A DNA stretch of 63,992 nucleotides, filler included, from Basidiobolus ranarum (GCA_040143965.1; 5 parts of 5 records of this genome joined end to end with filler, not necessarily neighbours in it); one strand, 5' to 3'; counted from the whole stretch's first letter, positions 1 through 12,932 are shown. Numbers and translations are program-made. Notes: generated from the letters alone by a model not told the origin.

Positions 1-272
1 TTGACAAAATTCCCGCCGCCGAAGTTGCCACCACCGAAGTTCCCTGGATATCCATTTGGGAATGGACATTGAGGGCCAGGGCAGTAGATGACATTTGTTC
101 CACCGCCATTGTCTCCACCACCACCTCCATCACCACCACCTCCACCATTATCGCCGCCATCATCACCACCACCAGCAGCTGCTTTATGACCACCAAAGAG
201 ATTAAAGATTGGTACCGCTTGTGTAGCAGCAACAACTGCAAGAATTGCAATAGTGGAAGAAAGTAGTCTCAT
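1..272 (-). CDS. Small secreted Gly-rich protein, 3' end runs off the window
   Basis: Read manually on the minus strand (absent from ORF track): MRLLSSTIAILAVVAATQA|VPIFNLFGGHKAAAGGDDGGDNGGGG...VIYCPGPQCPFPNGYPGNFGGGNFGGGNFV. Signal-peptide-like N-terminus; TATAAATA on the minus strand near 340-347. Confidence 0.75.
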   Translation of the reverse strand, partial: MRLLSSTIAILAVVAATQAVPIFNLFGGHKAAAGGGDDGGDNGGGGGDGGGGGDNGGGTNVIYCPGPQCPFPNGYPGNFGGGNFGGGNFV

Positions 273-738
273 GATAACGGAGTAGGTGAGAAGGAGAACA
301 ATCGAACCAGGACAAAGAAATAATTTACATCACATACCCTATTTATATCTAGTTGTTTAACGATTTAATTGGATATATTTGATTTTAAGGAGGCTCATTC
401 AATTATGTGCGATGAACGTGTCTGCTGCAACTAACATATCACAAAGCAAGTGGATACTCGATGGTTTCAAGATATTATGTATCACTCTGCATGAAACATC
501 TCCTGAAATTCTGGTGTTATTATGAACCCGTTCTGCATTAAAGTACAGTAGTTAAAGTTTGGAGATCTACCTAGAAAATGGAGAATCCCATAAAATTCTG
601 ATAATGAAGTTTCATGAATTAAGGGGTAGAGTAATATTGGTTTCATACTATGTAGACGAAGCTTTTTTATACCTGAAACCAACACAAAATTGAGTATAAA
701 TTGAAGGAAATGGAGTGTGAGAATAATTGAAAATCATC

Positions 739-912
739 ATGTTCAGCCCTCGTCATCTCATTGTACTGGTCTCCGTAGTCGGCCTCTCTTACAGTCTCCC
801 TCAGCTACCTTATGGAGTCGGAGAGTCAGATGTGGCTATAACGAATGGAGTTTTCCAACCCATGTATGTTTATCCTAACTATCCACCACCTTGGGCTAAC
901 GCTGGTTGGTAA
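739..912 (+). CDS. Small secreted Pro/Tyr-rich peptide (57 aa)
   Basis: ATG at 739: MFSPRHLIVLVSVVGLSYS|LPQLPYG...YVYPNYPPPWANAGW. TATAAAT about 40 bp upstream; AATAAA near 980. Confidence 0.65.
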   Translation: MFSPRHLIVLVSVVGLSYSLPQLPYGVGESDVAITNGVFQPMYVYPNYPPPWANAGW

Positions 913-1300
913 TCTGGTTAATATGGGCTCAATGAGTGATGCAGGAGCATCCTTGGTCATATGATTTTCGAGGAATTTGAATAAAGTTTCGATTAAAAGT
1001 ATAATAGGTTCCTTATTGCTATTTGACTTCTTTAGTTGTATTTACCAATAGAAAAGTACCATAGTGTTACTAGTGTATTAAGATATATCTATTGGGTAAT
1101 TAATCTACGTGAAAGCTCTTTGTTATACATGATGAATTTTCTTGTCCATTTTACTATGTTTTTTACTCTATTTTGGTGTGAACATGTGTTGATTATCCAA
1201 ATTATTTATTGATTTTTTTGTATTTTTCCATTCATAATTATGACCTACACTCTCAAATTTTACAAGCGTAACAAGCAATCTGTGTTTCATATAAAAACCT

Positions 1301-1546
1301 TCAAAAATACCCCGGATAGGCCAGTGGGACACCATAGGTAGATCCCCATGGTACGCCACCATATGGAGGACCATAGTTTGGAGCAACATATCCTGGAAGA
1401 CCATATCCAGGATATCCATAAGGTGAGCCATATGGTAAAGCATCCAATGCACTAGGGACATTCACCAAATATGGATCTGGCTTTGGTGTAGGAGCAGCAT
1501 AAACAGAAGCGAAAATACCAATCGTTACAAGTAGTTTAGCAATCAT
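1301..1546 (-). CDS. Small secreted Gly/Tyr/Pro-rich protein (81 aa)
   Basis: Signal peptide MIAKLLVTIGIFASVYA, then APTPKPDP dipeptides and PYG/YPG repeats. Confidence 0.8.
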   Translation of the reverse strand: MIAKLLVTIGIFASVYAAPTPKPDPYLVNVPSALDALPYGSPYGYPGYGLPGYVAPNYGPPYGGVPWGSTYGVPLAYPGYF

Positions 1547-1967
1547 TCTGATACTGGCGTCCCAAGTAGGTTTGAACTGGTAGAGGAAAGTGCGGTAAGT
1601 CCGGTGTCATCGAATAAGGGGTTCTTATAAGCCTCCTTGTCTTCATGACCTTTATCACTTGCTGTTTCTCAACCACTTAATCACCTTGCTTTTCTAGTAA
1701 ATAGTATAAGCATATGAAACGTGGCAAGGTTCTGCATACGAAACATTTAGATATACCACTATGATACATTTGATTCAATCCCAGAAATTTGTTAATATCG
1801 AGGTAATGAGTAATGTCACGAGTATGAAGATGTTTGGTGAGCTTCAATTTTAAGTGGATGTTAGAGAGTCGGACACTTCAGAATTAGTTACGTAAAATCC
1901 TTGGAATGCCGTTATAAAATGTTTAAGTAACTCAAAATTTCTCATCTCCCTCCTACCTCCTCCAGTC

Positions 1968-2399
1968 ATGAAATTCACCGCTGCTCTGATCGCCTCTGTT
2001 GCTGCTTTCATCGTAGTAGAAGCTCTTCCAGAGCCGGCCCCAGTAGCGGCTCCTAATCCGGCTCCAGTTCCAGCTCCGGCTCCAGAACCTAATCATTATG
2101 GTCGAGGTCTCTACCGAGGTGACAACTATAATTTAGATGATGATTATGACGATAATGATGATGCTCATGGTGATTGGGATGACGGAAATTGGTATGGATA
2201 TAATGATGGTCGTTGGGATTCCGGTCGCTGGGGCCGACCAGGCCGTAGCAGATGGGGCTCAGGCAGCTGGAGTCACCCAGGTCATGGTAGTTGGAGAAGC
2301 GAAAGCTATAGACGACCATACGGTAATGGATGGGGTAGACAGGACGGTAACTACTGGAATACGCCAAGTGCTTATGGTAGAGGGGGAACATGGTTCTAA
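1968..2399 (+). CDS. Secreted Gly/Trp/Arg/Asp-rich protein with X-Pro/X-Ala pro-region (143 aa)
   Basis: Signal peptide MKFTAALIASVAAFIVVEA, then LPEPAPVAAPNPAPVPAPAPEP, an acidic block and a GRW/GSW block. TATAAA at ~1913, AATAAA at ~2440. Confidence 0.85.
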   Translation: MKFTAALIASVAAFIVVEALPEPAPVAAPNPAPVPAPAPEPNHYGRGLYRGDNYNLDDDYDDNDDAHGDWDDGNWYGYNDGRWDSGRWGRPGRSRWGSGSWSHPGHGSWRSESYRRPYGNGWGRQDGNYWNTPSAYGRGGTWF

Positions 2400-2790
2400 T
2401 GTACAAGAGTAGTCAAGTACGCTTGCAAATCTCATCATAAATAAAGTTTCAGTAACATGCACAGCTGATATTAATTACATTTATCCTGCCTGAAGTTTAA
2501 TGGTAAGCTTAATCATCCAAGGTTATTCCATGGAAAATAGAACACTAAAACCCTGATATAATTTAATTATCACAAATATCTGTCACATATTCACAAATCG
2601 TTGATTACTTATGACGGTAACCCAAATAGATACAAGTCTATTAACAGTCATTGACGAGTATAGCGTACAATAAAAACATACTCGTAACGCACAAGTACCC
2701 GGTGGACCCAAAATGATGATATTTGAAGTAGTAGAGATTGAACGAAATTCCATGCTATACGAAAGTAAGTACTTCCTGGATGTCTAATGC

Positions 2791-5700
2791 TCATCGTTTG
2801 TTGAAGTACTTGTTTAACAGGTACAGTAGCCTCACAACATTCAGTTGTACATATTCAAGATCTAGGAGTTGCACGTTATCTTGTTGCTAAACGAAGCATA
2901 CTAATGTTTAGAGTTTGACGGATCAAAAGAAATAAACGCCATGCAAACCATACCTTTTCCAACAGATCATCCAATTTTAGATCCATCTCAAGAATAGGCT
3001 TTTCACGCCCTAACAGCATATATATTAGCTTAGTTTAGCAATGTAAAGATTGACAATTCGGTGAATTTACCTTTGTAATGTAATGAAATAACAAATGTAC
3101 CCGGGATGGGCGATACAATGTTAAAGAATATATTGTTTCTCCTACAGATGACATTAACTGTGTTAAGATGGTTAACAACCAACGAGCGTGACGATAAACT
3201 GACCTGGTTTCCGGCACATTACACTCAAATATGACTCCATCACGTTCCAGTTGATGATGCGAGAATTTTAATGGCCCTGAGATATATTGTGTCTTCTCTT
3301 TCTTTCCGCCAGAATGCATTCTAACGTTCTGTAAGTAGGCTTTGTACGATTCCAACTGCATTCTTAAATAGTTGTTGTGATCACAGATGGTTTTATAGAC
3401 GCTATCCAGTGATTCCATCTCAATAAGAACCTGCTCCCGAATATTCCCCAGGTGTACTAGTTCCTTTTAAACTGACTTTTAGTATTCCCTGGATCACGAT
3501 GAACCTCAGATCTCTAGACATACCTGATTAACTTCCTGAGTCATTAGAGCAAAATTATCCACCGGGTCTATCACACCATTCGTGACAAGCTCAGTCAGCA
3601 TTTCTTGCGCCCTAATTCCTTTTCTTATCAAAGAGATATCTTTACTATCCGCAGCGACATCCATTATATCCGATAATGAGGTGATGGTCTCATGGGAAAG
3701 TTGTGGAATGCTTCGTATGATTCGGACTAATAATGACTTTGCTTCCATATACAATATGTCGTTCAAACTAATGATCTCTCTGCTCTCTTGAGAATTTTCT
3801 ACCTCTGCAGTAATAAATTAGCAACATTCGGATTGGAACGCAAAAAGTGGATTGACATACCAGCCAAAGGATTCTCCCACCGACTAAACAAAGGCAATTC
3901 AATGGAACAATTCTCGTTACGGGATACTTGGGATGGTGGAGCACCGAGTTCGTCCAGTGACATACGCAGGTGCGAGCTTTTGTTTGGGCACTATTTGAAC
4001 GTCCGTTAGAAAATTAAACATGCTTGACAATACCAATAAGCGTGTTACCAAAATATCTTGATGCTTTACAAGCAACGAATGAGTACCAAACAACTCGTTT
4101 AACGTGATGTTTAAACACAGATCTTTCTTCGATAACGCCATGTATTGGTCCATCTGTAGCAATGTAAGATCTGAGTTGGTTTGATTCCATAAGCTTATCA
4201 TTACATTGAACAAATACCTCCAATGATTCGTAGAAATCTCCAACTTCACACAAGGAATCGAAAAACCGGTTTATCCTTGCTTTGTTGCTTTCTACGAATG
4301 GATTCAAAGACATCATATATGCCTCTTTAGCATAGGAAGCTTTGTTCGCTAAGTTTTGTAACATCTTAGCGACCTAATGGCAAACGCATGTCAATATTTC
4401 CTTAGAGCACCGAAAAATAGACTTACCAGAGTCAAGGTTCGTCTTGGATGTCGCGATGGATTTTGATCTACTAGCATGTATGCTTGAGGAGTTACGATAG
4501 CAGGATTAATGAAACGTAGAAAGAAGAACCCCCCGATCAATGAGCAGATACCCATTTCGGTAGCATCGGGATATTTCCGCTAGTGAATGGTATATGAGTG
4601 TGCCGCCATGTAATCAATAATAATGAAATACAAACACGAACCCAAGTGAGCGAGCGTATCTGTTTGCAAATCCACCGAATACCATAAGGAACCGACTCGA
4701 TAGAGGCAATTATCGTGCTTAAAAACATGTTAGCAATCTTCATTAACTGGCCAATTCTCGGCTCCAGTATGGCTTGAACCTGAGGATTTGCCTGGGCTTC
4801 TTCAGCAGATACACCTCTAGGCAAGTTGACAGGCAATGCTTTATCTTCCAAATCGGAGATTATTTGCTCATACACTTTGAGTGGATTGATCTCTAAATTC
4901 AATTCAGAACCCTCTATGACTTGATTAATACAGTCCGAGAGCACGCCTTTCAAGTACGACTGACCAGGCCCGCGTCTAAAAACAACCCCACAAACGCTTT
5001 AGAATTTCAACAATACTTGGATAGTTGGCGTATATCAATGTACCGTGTGTACGTGTTCATCATTCGAGACACTGGTGTATTGGCTCGCAATAGTCCCCCG
5101 AAATCAGTGGCACTTTCGAATTGACTTGCCAGCACAGACTAATTAATCATTTAATTAGCACTATAGTAAAGGGTTACTTGACACATATTCCATATACTTA
5201 CCTGGAACATAGTTAGCAAAAGATGCTCCTCTCGTGACTCATATTGATTTCCATATAAAGTAAACATAACGGTCTGCAATAGTGTGTCAATTTCACCCAA
5301 GCTTACTAGTCTCACAAGCGTGGCAATATGGCGAGGCTCTGTTTGCAACAAGAAATACAATCCACTGTATTGCTATGACATTTACTGTTACCCATTATTC
5401 ATGTTTATTAATAAAGAAACAAAAGACGAACCTGCATCCTTCGGTCATCAGGATAAGCCACATCAGTAATTTCAATCTCATAGAGGTGGGAAGATACTTC
5501 TTGCTATCACTCCCGCAAAGAGTATTATTAGTAGAGAGAAAATCCAAAAATAAACTGAAAAATATCTACCTTGAGCTCTTCTAATGCCATATGATTCTGA
5601 ATTAATAAAGCAATACGGCCATCTAAATATCGAACATCTCTTTCAAGAGTAAAGTTCTTTTTCGATAATGTAGAGATACTAAGCTTGAGCTTTCGTAACC

Positions 5701-6039
5701 GCTTTTGGGCTTGATACGAGTAATGAAAAGAAGTTAATATAGGTATACATATGTATGCTATCTTAAGATGACTTCACCTTTGGATAAATCATCTTCAACC
5801 TCTACATCCTGCTCTGCTGCCATCGAATATAAGGCTGTTACGGAATATCTACGACTCTGCCTTAATTCGCCAGAAGTTGTTGGAGGATCCTGATCAATTA
5901 CAGGAAGACCATGAGCGGCGGCCAATGTTACGGTACGAGCCAAATTCCGACCTGACTCGATGTCAATGCCGGGACTTCCATTATTAGATCCAGTATTGTT
6001 CAGGATACTCTGCCGCTTAGTGGAAGCAGTTGTAGTCAT
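2791..6039 (-). CDS. gap1: Ras GTPase-activating protein (S. pombe Gap1/Sar1-like, RasGAP plus IQGAP-type C-terminus), multi-exon
   Basis: Exons give [12 protein letters not shown] (arginine-finger region), [30 protein letters not shown] (RasGAP signature), LQNLANK and the C-terminus ...[16 protein letters not shown] introns. Confidence 0.92.
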
Positions 6040-7099
6040 CGTTTGTGAGGATTCAATGTTATGTTGGATGAGATAGGTAGTAATTTGAATAACTTGGGAG
6101 TGGGCTAGTTTATTACTCGAGAAATTGTTTAACTTCCACTGTTTCTAAGAGTCTGCTCAAGTTTCCAGACTGGTCTGCTATGTGTTAAGTTTATTCTGTT
6201 CGTAGTTGAAGTAATGATACTAAATTATAGTGTACTACTTGATACTTGACTATATGGCTCTTGGTAGGTGTTGAGATAGTGAAGTGGGAGGCCTAAAGTC
6301 AGATTTGGTATGGATGAGGGAAGACTGTATTACTATAAACTTGATTTAACTTCTATTGATTGTTCCTGTCAGATTTGACGAAAGGTTTAATGGTATCGCG
6401 TTACTATGACTGAGTAGAATATGAAACCAATATAAATGTGGGTTGAGCCCGTGTGGTGAACCCCTATTATAGTAGAGTAGGCACAAGTTGATTTTGAATT
6501 ATATCAGATGAACTAACGATATATATGAGAGTACATACATATCGCCCACTTTATTGCATATGATGCTTAGCTTATGACGCTTAGTGTGGATTGAAATCAG
6601 ATGTATGAAAATGCTAACGTTTGATGCAAATATTGAGGCTTACATGAGTTTGAGTGGTTCCAGCATTCAACCGATTTTCAAATAACTGACTGATAATTCT
6701 TATTTTAGTAAGTATGTATATTTATGTATATATACTATGAAAAATCCTAGTGCGATTTCAGCCTGATTTGACCGATGGGTTTACTGTGATAGTTGTTTCT
6801 GATACTCTACCTTAAGGTTAGTATTTCGTACCAGTAATTGTTGATCTGAGAGCTCACCAAGATTCATTGTACTTGAGCTTGATAACTAGCGAAGCAAAAA
6901 TAGTATCAGCCAGCAGTTATTCAACTAACCTTATCTGGCCTTGTCCACCTGGACTCACTTGTACCTTTAACTTAACCCCACACAGGCTCCGAAACAGGAA
7001 AGTACAAATCCATTTTTTTATCTGTGAAAACCGTATCTTGAGCTTATGCTTCATTTCTTAATATATCTACTTTATCATATAGTATCTAGCATATTACTC

Positions 7100-8560
7100 T
7101 CTGAGCTTAAGACGTTACTGCCTTCTCTTTACTGCCTTTTCTTGCTCTTCAGTTTAACAGAACTGTAGATGTATTTTCACCAATGCAAATACGAATACTT
7201 ATCTTTAATTCACTGAGCAATACATGCTCAAATCACATTTTATACTCCCACTGAAGGTCTGAGCACAACCGCAACGATTTTTCTGTATTTGTACCAAAAA
7301 GTATAATGCTGTATTTCAGGGCAATAAACAACATCTCTCAATCTTTAAATATATATATTTCCCAAATACTAATTCGAAACATCTCAAATACTTCCAGCAA
7401 CTACAATATCATCACATTAATTTAGTCATATGGTGTACATTGTAATCACCAAATAGAGCTTTATTTTGAAGTGCTCCTCAAATTAGTCTGGTCATGCTGG
7501 AAGCTCACTTTCACTGAAGCTCTTAGATGGATAACTTCTTTTGCCACGACAGATTCAGAAAATCTGAGATACTATAAATACAAAGCCAAATTGTATATAT
7601 ATTAGTGCCTCCATTAAATTTGCCATTCTCACCACCAGTGTTATTTCTCAGATATATGCTAAAGATTAGCACTGAGTAAAAATCCAGCATTTGAACAGTT
7701 AAAGTATTTAGGAGTCTGTTGGAAGTGGTTTGGAGAATTAGGGAATTTGGTGGATATCACTTGTTGATATATTGAGTATTCAGTTGACATTTATAGTTTT
7801 GTCAAGATGTAAGCAAACTAACATGAAGAGTGTGTAAGGAAGGTCCCAGGAACATGTGTGCAAAGTTTAGGGCTTCTAGCACAAGTTATTAAAATCCATA
7901 TATCTGAGAACTTCTAAGTTGGTGTCAATATTCTTCGTAAATTCCTTATGAGAATAATGGATAATATCTTAGTGAAATATAAGACAACTAAGTACGAAGC
8001 TATATATGACTATATAGGTGTTTAAGCAATGCTAATTTCAACATGAACTAATAACATGCCTCTACAGTACCTAATTTCACTTGCTATAGACAGAATGTCC
8101 AACTGACAAAGTGATCTGGAAATGATCAGAGAAGTAACTTTTTTGAGAATATAAACATTAGGTAACATGATATAGTGGTTATATCATTAGTTAGCCATGA
8201 GTTTTCTGTACTTTATGTTAGACTCATTGTAGAAATATGAGTTTATACAAGTCCTCACTGTAGTGGAGATTGTTGACATTAGCATTTCATAAACACCTAT
8301 ATAGTCATATATAGCTTAGTATTTAGTTATCCTATATTGAACCAAAATATCATCCACCATTCTCAAGAGGAATTTACTTAAAAGTTTGAAGATATATAGA
8401 TTTTTTCAAACTTGTGCTAGAAGCCCCAAACTTTGCACATATGTTCCTGGGACCTTCCTTAGCACATTCTAAGCGTTAGTTTGTTTACATCTTGACAAAA
8501 CTATAAATGTCAACTGAATACTCAATCAATCCAACAAGTGAAAACTTTAAGTACTTGTGT
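7100..8560. mobile_element. Decayed Ty1/Copia island: RT remnant plus two oppositely oriented LTR copies (7697-8043 minus; 8271-~8545 plus)
   Basis: Both LTRs match the family at 24701-25015 and 28023-28368 (TGTTG...CTAAGTATTTAGTT-like core...CCCAAACTTTGCACA...). Minus strand near 7400 reads DDIVVAGS, like the YVDD motif of Copia RT. Confidence 0.75.
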
Positions 8561-10203
8561 TCATGCAAAATTTTAAGCGTTGAACTTTTTTTCGAGATAT
8601 TTACTAAGATTATCCAAACCACCTAAATCCAAAACAAGTAGTTATCGAGTGTGTAAGTGTTGAGGTACCAACAAAACTAGGTATTTAGTGAAACTATTTA
8701 GTGAAACGGGAGCTGGCATACACCACTGACATACACCACCCATGATTTATAACCCTAAATAATAGTCATGATCAGCGTTGTCGACATGCCTACGCAATAT
8801 GCTGTACCACAATTCTGGTAGTACGTAGTTTAGAGGTAAGTCGCGTGAAAAGGAGGGAAAGTGCAACTATAAATGTTGTTGAGAACTACAACTGTGAATG
8901 TGACAAATGAGCAGAACTGCCGTGGTGGGACCTAATGTTTGTTAACGCATTAAGTTCGACTCTTGCCTTGTATAAGCTTCTAGATACCATCGATCAATTG
9001 AAAAAACACGGATACTGTGGAGGAGGGTTAGGGTACTAACCCTAACCACCACATAATCACTAATTAATCTTTAATTAGTCGTTGTAGCTTTCAATTTCAA
9101 CTAAGCATGATCACACTAAGATTGGATATCATCGGAAATCGTAGATTTGAAAAAACAACTATCTGTATCAGGACATTGTATCCGGATTTGGAATGTAGAA
9201 ATCCTAATGCTGTATACAATGCTCTGTCAGTAGATTTGTTTCATAGCGTTGTTTCGAGGAAGGAGATTCTTACAGTTAGATCACTCGGGTTAGAGAGTGG
9301 CCCAACAATGCAAATTTTGTAGTCGTACACAATAATTTAGGGTTGGGGTTTTGTTGAACTCCTAGGGTTCACCATAATCTTATGTATGTACTATTTAGCC
9401 TAACCCTATACCTACAATAATAACCTATACCCACAATAATAATAATCATACATATGCTATGCTATACCTACCAACCCACTTCAATCCGATTTGGATGGTT
9501 GCACTTATGATATTGCCTCACGTTAACAAAATGAGCATCGTGAACAAAAATCGCGCACCCAAACCAAGACTAAGTTTAAGACACCCTGTGATCAAGTCTT
9601 ATCCCGATAACTTGTGTTACAAATTTGTGATTTGAATTCAGGACACCATTGGCCCAAAATTATCAATAAATATGCGAATGATAACTTTAGTGAGAAATAA
9701 ATAGTCTCGAGTCATGTGATTCGTCCTGTAACGTGTTAGGAAGATTATTGTGGATACAATTATATTTGTTGATATAGCAGAGCCAATGGGGTATCTCCAG
9801 CTTATATCTATAAAAAAACTTGATCTATGGATGGCTGCTTAGATTCCTGTGTAGCTTTCAGTGATAGTTCATTTCAAATGTGATTTATTCCGATTTTCAG
9901 CTAGATCAGGTTTACCCCGAATTTACCCCGAATCTCCCGAAATAGCTTACTGTATGGGCGCTCTTAACCATATGCAAGCATCAGATCAATGCATCGTTAC
10001 CTAGTGTATACATAGAGCTGGCTATACAGAAACTTAGCTACTGGCAAGCCAATCAGGTGACTTTCTAGCTTTCATTGGTATCCTATGCTACTTTTGTTCT
10101 AGATATTCGCACACGATATAAAACTGTAGTACTAAGACTCCCATAAATACCCTTGCAATCCGTCCTCATTCACTATACTTCTTTCCAGGTGTTCAATCCT
10201 AGC

Positions 10204-11889
10204 ATGCCTCTCCCACGTCTTTCGTGGTATACGCTTGGGTTCAAACCTTTGACTCGCCTTTTATCCCTTAATGCATTCGTTCTTGCTATTCTAGTCCTCT
10301 CAGTCTTTCCTGTTATTGATGCTGCAAACGTCTACTATGAGTTTAACGTTACTTACGGCTTTCGATCACCTGATTGCTGTCAGCGAAGCATGCTCTTGGT
10401 GAATGGTGGTTCTCCAGGACCGACTATCTTTGCGGCACAAGGCGATAAGCTTGTTATTACTGTCAACAATCATATGGAAAGTGATGTGACCACGGTGCAT
10501 TGGCATGGAATCGAACAACATGGGACGCCCCATATGGATGGCACTCCTTTCGTGTCGCAAGATCCTATTTTCCCTGGTCAATCATTTGTCTATCGTATGA
10601 ACTTGGATGACCAAGTTGGCACATACTGGTACCATGCACATGTTAGTTTGCAATCTAACACAGTATTTGGAGCTATTATTATTCGCGAATCCAACAAAGA
10701 GAACACACGAACACAAGCAGGTGTGCACTATGACGATGAGCGACTATTAATGATCAGCGATTTGTTTCGTCGAGCAGAGCCAGATATGACCACAGGTATA
10801 GTGAATGAAACGTTTAATTGGATTGGTGATCCAGCCTCTATTTTGACAAATGGTAAAACCTTTGGCGACTGGGCCAATGGTTCTACTACACCAGCTACAC
10901 AATGCGCCATTCCAAAACCTGGAACTTGTTCTTACAGTAAGATCGATGTCGAACCAGGAAAGACTTATCGTTTACGTATTATCGGCGCTACCTCTCTCTC
11001 CTATTTGAGTTTCAGTATTGCTAATCACAATATGACCCTTATCGAAGCTGATGGTAGTATGATAGAACCCGTACAAATAACCAACTTGGAGGTTAACTCT
11101 GGTCAACGGTACTCTGTGTTGGTGACCATGGATCAAACCCCGCAAAACTATGCCATTCACGCAAGTCCAAAATGGCGACCATTTCAAGCAAGCAACGGGA
11201 TTTCCATTTTACACTACTCCAGTATTCCTGAGCCAGAGCTCAACCAAACAATAACTAATGGTATTCCCACTCACCCTAGTGAATCTCCTAATTGGATACT
11301 ACCAAAGATTCAAATGAAAAAGAAACAACCCATCAACAGCTATCACTATAAGTTCCCGAGGAGAATCTCTCGAGAGCTTACCTTGACTGCCACTCAACAA
11401 CCAGTAGACACTACAGTCAAATGGTTTGTAAACGGGATTAGCAGTGAAACTCCTTCCGTAACATTACTTACCCATCCATGGGCTACCAGTGCTGAGCATT
11501 CTGTTCCAGTAATCAAACTTCGAACGGGTGAAGTAGTTCAATTGGTATTCCAAAATACCGTTGCGGCGAATGGCATTTGCGAGCAACATCCATGGCATTT
11601 ACACGGTCGCTCATTTTATGATCTTGGTTACGGTCCTGGAGATTATAACACTACCTCAGTTAAAGATCGTAATACATTTTTGGATACAAATAATCCAGTA
11701 CTCAGAGATACCACAACTGTATTCCCTTCGGAAAATGCGTACTTCCAACCAAAGACACTTAAACCAGGAGATAAATGTGGTTGGAGAGTGATTCGGTTCA
11801 AAGCGGATAATCCTGGATTTTGGTTATTGCATTGCCATATCACTACTCATATGATGATGGGTATGCAAGTAATCTTTCAGATTTCATAA
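10204..11889 (+). CDS. Secreted three-domain multicopper oxidase (laccase/ascorbate-oxidase-like, CAZy AA1), intronless
   Basis: All four Cu motifs present: HWHG, YWYHAH, HPWHLHG, HCHITTHMMMGM (axial Met). Hydrophobic N-terminal signal. First ATG at 10204. Confidence 0.95.
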   Translation: MPLPRLSWYTLGFKPLTRLLSLNAFVLAILVLSVFPVIDAANVYYEFNVTYGFRSPDCCQRSMLLVNGGSPGPTIFAAQGDKLVITVNNHMESDVTTVHWHGIEQHGTPHMDGTPFVSQDPIFPGQSFVYRMNLDDQVGTYWYHAHVSLQSNTVFGAIIIRESNKENTRTQAGVHYDDERLLMISDLFRRAEPDMTTGIVNETFNWIGDPASILTNGKTFGDWANGSTTPATQCAIPKPGTCSYSKIDVEPGKTYRLRIIGATSLSYLSFSIANHNMTLIEADGSMIEPVQITNLEVNSGQRYSVLVTMDQTPQNYAIHASPKWRPFQASNGISILHYSSIPEPELNQTITNGIPTHPSESPNWILPKIQMKKKQPINSYHYKFPRRISRELTLTATQQPVDTTVKWFVNGISSETPSVTLLTHPWATSAEHSVPVIKLRTGEVVQLVFQNTVAANGICEQHPWHLHGRSFYDLGYGPGDYNTTSVKDRNTFLDTNNPVLRDTTTVFPSENAYFQPKTLKPGDKCGWRVIRFKADNPGFWLLHCHITTHMMMGMQVIFQIS

Positions 11890-12559
11890 ATCCAAATCTC
11901 GGATAGAGATGCTGTTAAGACGTCGTTTTTGTTCTATTTCTGCAGCATTTGGGCTTGGGTGGAGGAGAAATCCAAACTGGTGCAGTCATTATAGAGATGG
12001 CTTTACACAGATATCCAGGTAGGGCTCCAGATACTTTTTTTACATGTTACTCGTTAGGATGATGTCTTCATATATATCTACGATTTGTACCGTAATTCCC
12101 CTAATATTTTCAATATTCCAGTGAGCTTAAGTTAACTTTTGTCTTTCATTAAATACACCGTATTTGACACCGTCGCAGTCAATTCATTGATAATATAGTT
12201 TGAAAATAGTTGCTAAGTTACCCAGAGAGTGATATTCTTGGTGTTAAACAGATGACCATTATGGTTCTAAAGCATAGGGGGAGGAAAAGCAGCACTATGG
12301 GTGTGTTCTTCATTTACTCAATAAAACAAAATGAAGAAAACAATCAGGAACATTGCAATTTCTGCAATAATAGATTCAAATGTACTGTATCATTTAACCT
12401 GATACAGTGTAGAGATTTATGCAACTCTTGCTCAGAAAATACCAGGTTTAAAGGGAAGGGGCGAAGAGCTAGTGGGCTAGGTTTGTGCAGGTGTGAGTTA
12501 CACTCATAATGTAGATATTGCTCAGCAGCCTCCTCGGGCTTCTCAGACTCATGCATCAT

Positions 12560-12720
12560 CTGTTGAAGTATTTTCGAAATTGTTGGAAGTAATATAGAGA
12601 ACTAGAAAGAATTGATGGTTTTCGCTTATTGATTTATTTGTTAAAGCATTTTGGGAGTTTGTTGGAAGAAGTATGGAGGACTTGAAGAATTGGTGGTTCT
12701 CACTAATTGATTTATTAAGT
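12560..12720 (-). mobile_element. Two tandem degenerate fragments of the Copia LTR 3' end
   Basis: tgtt(g/a)aag...tgttggaag...gaattg(a/g)tggtt...ttgatttatt occurs twice and matches the LTR family terminus. Confidence 0.6.
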
Positions 12721-12932
12721 GCATGGTCTGGCAGTAGGTGGGAGGTTTAAATCATTAAGGAATCTACCAGGCCTCCATAATACACTGTATCCTTAACCAT
12801 AAATTGTACTAGACCCTAACAAAAATAAAATCGATTTGATCCGGATCGGATCCACCCTCCGAAATAGCAAAACCGTCAGAGAACCGTCACAATATTGTTG
12901 GCTTGCATTCTGCCAGGGATTTTGATGGTGTG

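Noticed and set aside
9020-9445. Telomere-like GGGTTAGGG/CCCTAACC motifs and a small hairpin
   Set aside because: Only one or two units each; no array or clear element boundaries.
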